A stretch of 64,000 bases of DNA from an uncultured Nitrososphaerales archaeon (GTDB taxonomy: Archaea > Thermoproteota > Nitrososphaeria > Nitrososphaerales > Nitrososphaeraceae), in the NCBI GenBank assembly GCA_963695855.1, contig CAVOHZ010000010.1, forward strand, positions 1,440,001 through 1,504,000, given 5' to 3'. The translations under genes and the position numbers were made by a program. Below the pieces are notes generated by a model. The model searched no databases. It was not told the origin of the DNA and saw only the letters and a list, made by a program, of their open reading frames with translations. Below, one piece after another: positions 11,450 through 21,796 of this stretch (positions are counted from its first letter, which is position 1; each line of letters starts with the position of its first letter).

Positions 11450-11908
11450 TTGACAGACCAAAAATTATCTGAACAATATGAAGAAAGAGAAGAAAATATA
11501 AATCAGTTTATGATCGATGATATGAATTGTAAATGTTGTCCAGTTTTTAATACGCTCAATATCATAGGAAAAAAATTCACAACATTGCTATTACGTAATA
11601 TGATTTTTCTAAAACAAAAAAGATTCAGTGAGTTCCTTAATTCCATAGAGGAGATTAATCCAAAGACATTGTCTATTCGACTTAAAGAAATGGAAAGAGA
11701 AGGCCTAATAAAACGAGAAGTATTTAATGAAACTCCTGTAAGAATAGAATACTACTTGACTGAAAAGGGAAAAGCATTACAACCAATACTGACGCAAATG
11801 GCATTATTTTCCATAAAATATTGTGGTCAACAAGTATTTGATAACCCTGATCCTAACAAGATAAATAAAATAAATTCAAAATCCCTTAATAAATATATGA
11901 CCACGTAA
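11450..11908 (+). CDS. HxlR/MarR-family winged-helix regulator
   Basis: CPV...L.IIGKK, RFSE, LS.RLKEME..GLI.R, RIEY.LT.KG. Confidence 0.9.
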   Translation: MTDQKLSEQYEEREENINQFMIDDMNCKCCPVFNTLNIIGKKFTTLLLRNMIFLKQKRFSEFLNSIEEINPKTLSIRLKEMEREGLIKREVFNETPVRIEYYLTEKGKALQPILTQMALFSIKYCGQQVFDNPDPNKINKINSKSLNKYMTT

Positions 11909-12120
11909 ATAACCATATCCTTAAATTTTTAGTTCTTTTTTTATTAATCAAATTTTCATGTTCTGTTAATTTTTTAACTATCTATTGAAATTTGTCATAA
12001 ACAGAACGTTAACGTGCATTGAATGCAACTCTGTATTTGTACTTTTTCTCGGTCTACGCAATTTACATAAATCACTGGCAATTTTTAGAAATGAAATTAA
12101 ATTATGTGTTTGTGTAAAAT

Positions 12121-12150
12121 TGAATTGAATTGAATTGAATTGAATTGAAT
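12121..12150. repeat. Pentanucleotide microsatellite (TGAAT)x6
   Basis: Direct reading. Confidence 0.95.
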
Positions 12151-12199
12151 TCAACAATTTGATACATGTCACAAATATAAAGAAAAAGAGTATCCCCAT

Positions 12200-12495
12200 G
12201 CATTAGAGATGAGACTGTTATTCAGATTAATATTCAACAATTCTGTTATCTTGTTGTATCGAACAGGTATGTCGTTATGTGCTGAGAATACACATGTTAC
12301 GGGACACAGAAATATGTTTGGCAATTACCATTTATTCATTCATTGGTTGAAAAATATTGAAAATATACTGTATAAGATAAAGGTAAAAAGTATCTGAGGC
12401 TTACAATGTAATGGGATTAAAACTTGCTCACAATCCTAAATTGAGCAAAGTTTGATGGAAAGAATTATCCAAAATTTCAAAAAATAAAACGTACC
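12200..12495 (+). pseudogene. Highly eroded IS6 transposase remnant
   Basis: GATGAGACTGTTATTCAGATT (DETVIQI), RNMF, VEKY and AGTTTGATGGAAAGA (SLMER), collinear with the IS6 copies at 3848 and 25784. Confidence 0.65.
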
Positions 12496-12524
12496 TTTTT
12501 TATTTATAATTTTCAGTATACCTT

Positions 12525-13658
12525 ATGCAAATTCTTTTTACAGGTGATGTTATGCTAGGTAGACTTGTAAATGAAGTTCTTGCAAATTCTAAATTTACTT
12601 ATGTATGGGGAAATACCATAGACATTATCAAGAGAGCAGATTTTTCTCTTATAAATTTAGAATGCGCGATATCCTCAAGGGGAAAAGAATGGAATAAGAC
12701 ATTCAAAGTATTCCATTTTCGTGCTAATCCTGATGCCATTAAAGTTTTGAATTCTGCCTCTATTGATTATACATCTCTTGCAAATAATCATGTATTAGAT
12801 TATGACTTTGAAGCGTTACTAGATACTATTAATTTTCTGAACGAGAATAATATTTCTCATTCTGGCGCAGGTATGAATTTAAAAGAAGCTATGAAGGCCG
12901 CTTTCATAGAAAAGAAAATAAAACCACACTCAAATAATATTGATTCTTATCATGATGACGCCGACTATGAACAAGTCAACAATAATAATATCAAAAATAC
13001 TATAAGAATTGCAGTAATTTCTTTAACTGATAATGAGCCAGAATGGGAAGCAAAAGGTGACTCTGCTGGGATAAATTATATTCCAATATCATTGGATCCC
13101 GAAGAATATTATCATAGACTTAAAAGATGTATTGAGGAAGCTAGAAGAGAATCAGATTTACTTATTGTCTCGTCTCACGTTGGACCTCACTTCAGAGAAA
13201 CACCTTCTACTCAATACGTAAATCTTGCACACAAAATAATAGATTTCGGTGCTGACATATATTGGGGGCACAGTAACCATATGCCCCAAGGAATCGAGAT
13301 TTATAAACCAAATAATAATAAGAATAATAAAATAATATTATATGACTGTGGAGATTTTATAGATGATTATGCTATAGATTCTTATTACAGAAATGACTTG
13401 TCATTTATTTTTATATTGCATTTTAATCTGGATAGGAATTATCAATTTTCAAATAGCAGAGATAAAGGCAACATACTATTACCAAATGGCATAATTGAAC
13501 TTATTCCTACGAAGATAAGCAACTTCAAGGTTAACACTATTTCAGCAGACGATAAAGATGCTGATCTAATAATAGACAGAATGGTCAAAAGATGTTCAAA
13601 TTTAGGGACAAAATGTTTTATAGATGAAAAGAAAAAAAGAATAATAATATTTCTTTAA
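12525..13658 (+). CDS. CapA/PGA_cap family metallophosphoesterase
   Basis: GDVMLGR, NLE, LANNH.LD, H.G, GH..H motifs. Confidence 0.9.
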   Translation: MQILFTGDVMLGRLVNEVLANSKFTYVWGNTIDIIKRADFSLINLECAISSRGKEWNKTFKVFHFRANPDAIKVLNSASIDYTSLANNHVLDYDFEALLDTINFLNENNISHSGAGMNLKEAMKAAFIEKKIKPHSNNIDSYHDDADYEQVNNNNIKNTIRIAVISLTDNEPEWEAKGDSAGINYIPISLDPEEYYHRLKRCIEEARRESDLLIVSSHVGPHFRETPSTQYVNLAHKIIDFGADIYWGHSNHMPQGIEIYKPNNNKNNKIILYDCGDFIDDYAIDSYYRNDLSFIFILHFNLDRNYQFSNSRDKGNILLPNGIIELIPTKISNFKVNTISADDKDADLIIDRMVKRCSNLGTKCFIDEKKKRIIIFL

Positions 13659-13959
13659 TTAAAAACATAACATAATGATATACTAATAATAAATCTTTAA
13701 TTTGATATTAGCTACACTATTATTAGTACTTTTTGCTTGTTTATTTTTTATTGTCAGAAATTTGTATCAATAACATTTAACTTCTCTACTATTGAATCCA
13801 CTTAATAGTCTACTATGAAATTATTAACTGGAGAAGAAATTATTTCTAGCTAATAAAATCAAAAATTCAAGAAATGAGATATTAATAGTTCTCATATATG
13901 GTTCATATCTTAACAATCTCCTAAATTCATTCTGGAAACAAGTTAAATTAATAAAAAAC

Positions 13960-14385
13960 TTACAATTTCTTTGATAATTTTTTAGAACGTATTTCAGAAA
14001 GATTTTTGATACTAAAAAATATCAATAACGCTTGTAAAATATATCCACCAAGTATCAGTACTATTGCATTTAATGGTTTAGAAAATGTTAACATCAAATT
14101 TACATGCGGAGGAGCAAGGGTATTACCAACTATTACTAGCACTGATATTGGTATACATGCATACAATGCTTTTGTATATCCTTTCCATAAAAGAATAGAC
14201 AGGATAACAAATGATAGTTCCAACCCGATTGCCCTATAAATGAACTTTGGATTTCCTATTGGAATAGCAATTAAACCAATAATAATTATGGAAAATATGA
14301 TTGCTAGTGTTGTTTTTTTGTAGTCAATATACATATAGATTATAAAAAGATAAATCAATAAACGCAAATTTAAGTCTAATAACAA
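13960..14385 (-). CDS. Small membrane protein (about 4 TM)
   Basis: Hydrophobic helices; start probably near 14336. Confidence 0.65.
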   Translation of the reverse strand: MLLDLNLRLLIYLFIIYMYIDYKKTTLAIIFSIIIIGLIAIPIGNPKFIYRAIGLELSFVILSILLWKGYTKALYACIPISVLVIVGNTLAPPHVNLMLTFSKPLNAIVLILGGYILQALLIFFSIKNLSEIRSKKLSKKL

Positions 14386-14970
14386 AGCTTTCTTTTATTA
14401 CTATCATGTAAAGCATTTGATATAGTAATATACTTTTTCCTAAAATTTCCATGACAAGTGAGATTAGAAAATGAAATTTATGGAAGAAAACAGATCCCAA
14501 ATTACTTCTCATATTCGGAGCCATCAGTTACGTTCCTTTTGTACGGGTCTCGGATATATCAAAAAACATAATGATAAATAAATTATATTTTTCATTGGAC
14601 TGTTATATTACTATTCTAGAGAATGGGTATTAACACCTTGCATATACATTCTCTAGATAGTATGGATTTGATTCCAAAATAATCTTTGGATTTTATTTAT
14701 TATAGTTTGCTACAACTAATTCTATAACAATTTAAAATGAGAATTACTAATCTGTCAAACCTAGTTTCATCTGTTAGAGTACTTATGCCCTAGCTCTTGA
14801 TAACTCGAAACGATTTAAGTCCATCTTTCAATAGCACTTTTATTATCAATACATCAGTATCCGTAAGTATGAATGCCGTTTTTATAAAATAGATGTATGT
14901 ATTTTCTATATATCATGTTTTACAAATGTAAAGTCTAGTACTTATACATGTATTTGTTTATTACTACAGT

Positions 14971-17172
14971 ATGGCAAAAGATCCAATATGTGGAATGTTT
15001 GTTGAAGAAACAAACGGTTCAATTCAACACACAATAGATAAAAAAAAATATTATTTCTGTAGTAATCAATGTTTAGATGAATTTATTCAGCCTGAAAAAG
15101 AACTTAAAAAACTCAAGTTTCATGTTGCGATAAGTATAGCTCTAACCATTCCTATCGTATTATTTTCACTCCCCCATATGTTTCCGACACAATTTGTCAA
15201 CCTGTTTCCCATGGAAATTATGCACAACAGCAAATACATAATGCTAGCACTGGCTACACCATTACAGTTCTGGATAGGCTGGAGATTTTATAGAGGATTT
15301 TGGGACGGGATTAAAGCGAAGGCATCAAACATGGATACATTGATAGCTATAGGGACAACTGCTGCATATTTATACAGTGCAATTGTTTCAATTGTTCCAT
15401 CATATTTTCCGTTTGAATCTGTATATTTTGAGACGGCTGCAATTATAATCACATTGATCCTAATAGGAAGATTATTAGAATCAAGAACCAAAGAGAAGGC
15501 ATCTAGTGCTGTAAGAAAATTGTTAGATTTACAACCAAGGATGGCTAAAGTAATAACAGAGGACGGTACAGAAATCGAGATCCCGATAGAACAAATTCAA
15601 GAAGGGCAAACTATTATTGTCAAACCAGGAGAAAAAGTACCTACAGATGGAATGGTAATAGAAGGTGCATCATCTATTGATGAATCAGCAATTACAGGTG
15701 AAAGTATACCTGTAGAGAAATCAATAGGAAGTGATGTAATAGGGGCAACAATTAACAAGAATGGATTGCTAAAAGTAAAAGCAACAAAAGTTGGACAAGA
15801 TACAGTACTTTCCCAAATCATTACATTGGTAGAAGAGGCAAGAACCGGTAAAGCTCAGATACAAAAGATGGTTGATCAGGTTGCAAAATATTTTGTGCCC
15901 GCTATTATAATAATAGCTTTAGGAGTATTCGTTGGATGGTACTTTATGGGTGATGCTGGCTTAACTTATTCGTTACTTGCATTTGTGTCTGTAATGATTA
16001 TTGCATGTCCTTGCGCATTGGGTATTGCTACTCCCGCAGCTCTTATGATGGGTTCCGGCAAGGCTGCTGAAAATGGTATATTGTTTAAAGGGGGCGAATA
16101 CTTGGAAATTGCAAAAAAGGTAAGAACTATTGTATTTGACAAGACAGGAACATTAACTACTGGAAAACCATCTGTTACCAATATTATCGACATATCCGGA
16201 ATTGGTAAAAATGAACTTCTCAGGTTGGCGGCTATCGCAGAATCAGGGTCAGAGCATCCTTTAGGTCAAGCTGTAGTAAGAAAGGCAAAAGAAGAAGGAA
16301 TTATTGTTTCAAATCCAGAATCATTTGAAGCAGTATCAGGGCATGGACTCAAAGCAACATATTCTGATCATGTCATTATAATAGGCAACAGAAAACTTTT
16401 AACTGAAAATAACATATCATGTGAAAGAAGCGATCTCATTTTAAGAGAATTTGAAGAGGAAGGAAAAACTGCTATCGTAGTTGCTATCGATAACAAGCTA
16501 TCAGGAATTATTGCTATTGCAGACACTATTAAGGAAAATGCAAAAGAAGCTATTGATCTATTAAAATCTCAAGGAATGGAAGTTATAATGCTTACAGGAG
16601 ACAATGAAAGAACTGCAAAAACAATTGCTTCAAAACTTGGAATAACAAAAGTAATAGCTCAAGTTATTCCACAACAGAAAGAAGACGTAGTTGCCAAGCT
16701 AAGGTCAGAAGGAAAAGTTGTTGCCATGGTTGGAGATGGAATTAACGATGCGCCTGCATTGGCAAGAGCAGATTTGGGAATTGCAATTGGTTCTGGAACA
16801 GATGTAGCTAAAGAGACAGGTGGAATCATACTGATAAAGAATGATTTAATGGATGTTGTTACAGCGTTGGAACTAGGAAGAAAAACAGTCTCTAAAATAA
16901 AACAGAACTTATTTTGGGCATTCGTCTATAATACAGGTTTAATCCCTATTGCAGCAGGAGTATTAGTTCCATTTCTTGGGTTAGGAATTTTCGGATGGCT
17001 TCCAATGCTTGCAGGATTAGCAATGGCTATGAGCTCTGTAACAGTAGTTGGAAACTCTCTATTGCTTGGAAGATACAAGCCAAGCTCCTTTGTTAAAAAA
17101 TCTAAAACAATGTTACATAACTCCAAAAAATATAATTTAATTGAAGTAACTGATGTGATTCATAATAGGTAA
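14971..17172 (+). CDS. copA: Cu(I)-transporting P1B-type ATPase with N-terminal YHS/TRASH domain
   Basis: DPICGM...FCS..C, TGES, CPC, DKTGT, SEHP, GDGIND, YN, MAMSS. Confidence 0.93.
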   Translation: MAKDPICGMFVEETNGSIQHTIDKKKYYFCSNQCLDEFIQPEKELKKLKFHVAISIALTIPIVLFSLPHMFPTQFVNLFPMEIMHNSKYIMLALATPLQFWIGWRFYRGFWDGIKAKASNMDTLIAIGTTAAYLYSAIVSIVPSYFPFESVYFETAAIIITLILIGRLLESRTKEKASSAVRKLLDLQPRMAKVITEDGTEIEIPIEQIQEGQTIIVKPGEKVPTDGMVIEGASSIDESAITGESIPVEKSIGSDVIGATINKNGLLKVKATKVGQDTVLSQIITLVEEARTGKAQIQKMVDQVAKYFVPAIIIIALGVFVGWYFMGDAGLTYSLLAFVSVMIIACPCALGIATPAALMMGSGKAAENGILFKGGEYLEIAKKVRTIVFDKTGTLTTGKPSVTNIIDISGIGKNELLRLAAIAESGSEHPLGQAVVRKAKEEGIIVSNPESFEAVSGHGLKATYSDHVIIIGNRKLLTENNISCERSDLILREFEEEGKTAIVVAIDNKLSGIIAIADTIKENAKEAIDLLKSQGMEVIMLTGDNERTAKTIASKLGITKVIAQVIPQQKEDVVAKLRSEGKVVAMVGDGINDAPALARADLGIAIGSGTDVAKETGGIILIKNDLMDVVTALELGRKTVSKIKQNLFWAFVYNTGLIPIAAGVLVPFLGLGIFGWLPMLAGLAMAMSSVTVVGNSLLLGRYKPSSFVKKSKTMLHNSKKYNLIEVTDVIHNR

Positions 17173-17203
17173 AATACAAATATAAAAAATTTTTTCTAAA
17201 TGA

Positions 17204-17439
17204 TTATCTATATGAGGATTTCCTTACAAATTTGTATCCAGATCAGATTTTTCCAATTTTTCTTTAATCGCCTCCTTTGATATCAATGATGAATTGTATT
17301 GCACTATTACACTATCCGTCATGTAATCTAGATCTATTCTCTTAATTCCTTTCTCGTTCTTGAGTTGCTTTTCTACTATTGGTTTACAACTAACACAATA
17401 CATTCTGACAATTCTAAATAATGCTTTGTCGATCTACAT
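17204..17439 (-). pseudogene. CopZ-like HMA copper chaperone (not in ORF track), TAG at codon 2 and a 5-bp duplication frameshift
   Basis: Translation DKALFRIVRMYCVSCKPIVEKQL...V.VQYN...I...LEKS(GYKFVR); CAGATCAGAT duplication at 17239-17248. Confidence 0.75.
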
Positions 17440-17732
17440 TTTATTGAAATTGAATATGGATAGAATTAGTTTGGTAATAAAATTTTTTTAGATCGATCTG
17501 TTTTGCGTCCATACCACAATAATTATTCAATGCTATTTCCATAATAAATCAGATTCTTAAGTATTATAACATGATAGAATAAACTTTATTTTCTTTTTTT
17601 GGCATCTAAGAACTTGGAAATGTCATAGTAAAATCCATATTTAACATCAAATATCGATTAATTTCTCCCAAAAGACAGACGCACATAGGTATTCAAAACC
17701 TTTTATTGATGGACACAGAAATAAATTAATAA

Positions 17733-18710
17733 ATGGATCTACAAAATTTTAAGAGTCTATACTTAATAGCTATAAATCAAGGAAATACAAAAATTGTATA
17801 CACATTATTACTATTTGCTGTAGCTGGATTATTGTTCATTCACGGTAATATCAATAATTTCGATTATGTCTATGGACAAAAAGAGGATATTATAATTAAT
17901 ACAACGAAATTGACCGATAATATCTACATGCTCCAAGGATCAGGAGGAAATATTTTAGTCTCAGTAGGACAAGATGGAACCTTTATTGTAGATGATCAAT
18001 TTGCACCTCTTACTGTAAAAATTAAAGATGCAATTTCGAAGATAACTGATAAAGCTATAGAGTTTGTAATTAATACACACTGGCATCCAGACCATACGGG
18101 AGGAAATGAGAATCTTGGAGAAGCCGGAGCAATAATAGTGTCACATGATAACGTAAGAAAGCGTCTCAGTACAGAACAATTCTCCGATTTCTTCAAACGA
18201 TCGGTTTCACCTTTGTCTGAAAAAGGATTACCAATTATTACATTCTCAGATAACATGACAATCTATCAAAATGGGGAGGAAATAAGGATAATCCATATGG
18301 ATAATGGTCACACGGATGGTGACTCCGTAGTCTATTTTCCAAATAGTAACGTAATTCATGTTGGAGATGACTTTAGTGACAAGTCATTTCCGTTCATAGA
18401 TATATCAAGTGGTGGATCAATAGACGGATTGATCGCTTCATTGAAAATGATATCGTCAATAATTAATGATCAGACTAAGGTTGTTTCTGGACATACTGGA
18501 ATATCAAACAAGACCAAAGTTATTGATTTTGAAAATATGTTAACAGAAGTACGTAACCAGATAAGTCAAATGATAAATGATGGAAAATCTTTACAGGATA
18601 TTATTAATGCACAACCAACATCCAACTATGAGAAAATCTATTATGACTATACCTCAATAAAGCCAGAAGACTTTGTGACACATACATATCAGAGTCTTAC
18701 AAAAGAATAA
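17733..18710 (+). CDS. Secreted MBL-fold metallo-hydrolase (cyclase-like)
   Basis: THWHPDH, GHTDGD, GD, GH motifs. Confidence 0.9.
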   Translation: MDLQNFKSLYLIAINQGNTKIVYTLLLFAVAGLLFIHGNINNFDYVYGQKEDIIINTTKLTDNIYMLQGSGGNILVSVGQDGTFIVDDQFAPLTVKIKDAISKITDKAIEFVINTHWHPDHTGGNENLGEAGAIIVSHDNVRKRLSTEQFSDFFKRSVSPLSEKGLPIITFSDNMTIYQNGEEIRIIHMDNGHTDGDSVVYFPNSNVIHVGDDFSDKSFPFIDISSGGSIDGLIASLKMISSIINDQTKVVSGHTGISNKTKVIDFENMLTEVRNQISQMINDGKSLQDIINAQPTSNYEKIYYDYTSIKPEDFVTHTYQSLTKE

Positions 18711-19067
18711 ATGCATGATAATATTTCCCCTTTTTTGATTATTTATTATTAATATAGTGAATATTCTATTTCCAAGAAATATTTTATTTTAATAAGTAAA
18801 TAATTAGAATTATTAATCTCACTTTATAGCAGATTGAAAATGATAGTACTTCATCTATAGTTTTTTAATATTTCCATCAAAAATTATAGAGAATATTTCA
18901 AAAAAGTTACCAAAAAAGACTGATATTAGTTTACGGATCCTAATAACATTTCATACTCGGAATCTTCCAGACTATATACCAGAGTAACAACTTCTTTATT
19001 GATTTTAACTTGTATAATATTATTGCATGAGTATTCATACAGTAATATGACAAGTCATTGATAACAG

Positions 19068-19622
19068 CTACTTATACTCTTCTTTTACGTCATTTCTATG
19101 ATTCTGAATTAGTTTGTGTAGTTTCGGATTAATAACAAAAGTACAATATGGAGCATCCTTATGTTTTTCATAATAATCTATGTGATAATCTTCTGCAACA
19201 AAAAAATTGATAAAAGGAGTAATTTCTGTTACAATTGGATCTTTGTAAACATTTTCTTTTTCAAGATTTGTTTTTGATTTTTCTGCGATCTGTTTCTGCT
19301 TTTCATCATGATAAAATATTGCGGAACGGTATTGAGTGCCTACATCGTTACCTTGCCTATTCAAAGTGGTAGGATCATGTGTACGCCAGAAAATATCGAG
19401 TATTTTTTCAAAAGTTATAACATTCGGATCAAATTCTATCTGAATGGACTCTGCATGACCTGACCTACCAGTGCACACCTGCTCATAAGAAGGATTTTTT
19501 AATGTTCCTCCAGCATATCCAGGTAGAATATTTTTTACACCTTTGATTTTTTTAAATATTGCTTCTGTACACCAAAAACATCCGTTGGCAAGTGTTGCTA
19601 TTTCAGTTTTATTGTTATTCAT
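19068..19622 (-). CDS. msrA: Peptide methionine sulfoxide reductase MsrA
   Basis: GCFWC, GHAE, RQG.D.G.QYRS, AEDYH. Confidence 0.95.
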   Translation of the reverse strand: MNNNKTEIATLANGCFWCTEAIFKKIKGVKNILPGYAGGTLKNPSYEQVCTGRSGHAESIQIEFDPNVITFEKILDIFWRTHDPTTLNRQGNDVGTQYRSAIFYHDEKQKQIAEKSKTNLEKENVYKDPIVTEITPFINFFVAEDYHIDYYEKHKDAPYCTFVINPKLHKLIQNHRNDVKEEYK

Positions 19623-20004
19623 TTTTTACTTTTGGCAACTCCTTGTCATTTTTGAGAAAACGTATGGATAATGAATTGACACATTCCCGTCTGTTTTTGT
19701 CTGTCAAATTTTCTCCAAGAAATTCATGTCCTAAATGCCCTCCACAATTTGCACATTCTATTTCTGTTCTTATTCCATCAGGATCAGGGACGTGCCTTAT
19801 TGCATTCGGGAAATATGCATCAAAGCTCGGCCAACCACATCCAGAATTAAACTTGCTTTTTGATGAAAAGAGAGGAGCATTACATCTTCTACATATATAC
19901 GTTCCATCTTCGTAAAAATTGTCATACTCGCCAATGAAAGGAGGTTCCGTTGCTTTATCTAATATGACTCTTTCCTCTTCTGAGTTTAGTTTATTGTAGT
20001 CCAT
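19615..20004 (-). CDS. msrB: Peptide methionine sulfoxide reductase MsrB
   Basis: CRRC, SGCGWPSF, RTEI.C..C..HLGH, R.CVNS. Confidence 0.95.
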   Translation of the reverse strand: MDYNKLNSEEERVILDKATEPPFIGEYDNFYEDGTYICRRCNAPLFSSKSKFNSGCGWPSFDAYFPNAIRHVPDPDGIRTEIECANCGGHLGHEFLGENLTDKNRRECVNSLSIRFLKNDKELPKVKNE

Positions 20005-20452
20005 ATTATTAACTTCCTAGACAAATTTTTGAACCTTCCGATTTCAGATTCTATTTTGTAATGTAATTGACATGATTTTCATGACCGAATTAGTAATAGA
20101 ATAATATCAATATTCATTAAACAAGGTGAATATAACAAAAAATTGTTGTGTGCCATATTTAAGATCTAGAATTTTCGTCTTTACAATTTTCGAAAGCTCC
20201 AATAGCTACATAATCTCTTTATATCTTTATTCCACAAATCGAGTTGAACGAAACTAATAAGAAAAAAGAAAAAGAGTGGATGTCTTAACCTGTTTCGAAT
20301 TTCTAATATATTATAATTCATCTAAGAATTTAAATTATTAAAATAGTATGTTACCTAAACATAGGATAATTAGTATTTGAAATGTTCTTATATTATCTAG
20401 CAATGATAAGCTGATTTTCCCTATCATAAAAAAAGAAATTCTAGAATCTCCA

Positions 20453-20752
20453 ATGTATTCAAGTAAAGTACTTAAATACTCTAATATATATTGTCTATCA
20501 AACATGATAAATAATTCGGTAAAAAAAGAAAAATCGTATTCTGAAGACAAGAACTTAAGTAGCTATAAAAAAGTGATTAAAGGAAAAGAACTTGACCAAA
20601 TAGAGGAATTGAGTATCAAAATTGATTTATTAGTGGAATTATTATCAGAAAAAGGAATTATAAATAAAAAAGGATATACCAACAATTTGATGATGCGTTT
20701 ACATCAAACATCTAAGGCAAAAACCTTTGAGGAAATGGAAGAAGAAATATAG
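20453..20752 (+). CDS. Hypothetical protein
   Basis: LVELL.EKGII pattern; start probably near 20504. Confidence 0.55.
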   Translation: MYSSKVLKYSNIYCLSNMINNSVKKEKSYSEDKNLSSYKKVIKGKELDQIEELSIKIDLLVELLSEKGIINKKGYTNNLMMRLHQTSKAKTFEEMEEEI

Positions 20753-21138
20753 CTAAGTCCAGTATAAACAAGCAGGTTATTTTCCTTCTTCACATTAATT
20801 CTTGTAACGATTCATTAGCCAAGATCAAGTAAATCCTTAATTGTTTTTTGATAAATAATAAAATAAAGTATAGGTTATTGACTTTATAATTTAATATAGT
20901 TTACAGTTTACTATAACTTAGTTTATTTCGTTATTGTATAAATAAAGTAAATGAAAAAATTTTAATGTTATGTTATTTAAATAAATATAAAGCAATTCAT
21001 AAATTAGTATTTATATTATTCATAAATAAGAGGAAAAGAATACAGTTAAATCATTTATTTTAATAAATCACACTTTTTATGGATTACAGTAGATATGGTA
21101 TAGTTACAGTAATATCCCTATAATTTTATAACTACTTC

Positions 21139-21471
21139 ATGAATGATGTAAACTACAAAGAGTTTAATAATGTTGTATTTTCACAAGATAAAAGCTTAGT
21201 ATTATTTTATGCAGATTGGTGTCCTTATTGTAAGAGCTTTAAACCAATTTTTGAATCAAAAGAAGATCCAGACAATCAAAATTATACATTCTATAGTGTG
21301 AAATTAAATGAGGAAGAAAATCCTCTTTGGGATGAATTTAATATAGATTCGGTTCCTACTATAATAGCATTTGAAAAAGATAAAATGGTTTCTCGCAGAA
21401 ATGCGAAAATGGGTATTGGATTATCGAAATCTGATATCGATTCAATACTCCTAGAATTAAAATGGAGTTAA
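21139..21471 (+). CDS. Thioredoxin family protein
   Basis: FYADWCPYC, I..VPT. Confidence 0.9.
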   Translation: MNDVNYKEFNNVVFSQDKSLVLFYADWCPYCKSFKPIFESKEDPDNQNYTFYSVKLNEEENPLWDEFNIDSVPTIIAFEKDKMVSRRNAKMGIGLSKSDIDSILLELKWS

Positions 21472-21796
21472 TTACAATCCCATTATATTTTAAATATAGA
21501 GATTACGTTTCAATATGATAACTATAAAATCTGAAGGAATTTTAATTATACTGGATTATAATAATCAAAAATTTAAAATTATATGCTACTTAGGATCTTT
21601 ATAAGTAGAATTTTAGGTCTCTTTTTGAGCTCTTACCTGTTGAATTTTGAGTGAATCAATTGACTATTTCTAAAAGTTTGAATATTTTGTATTACAGAGT
21701 TTTCGTTAATAATACATTGAAAAAAAATTGGTGGTTCAAATTCATGTACTCAAGTTAATCACTTCTCATTTTCTACATATGATTGATTTTTAGATT

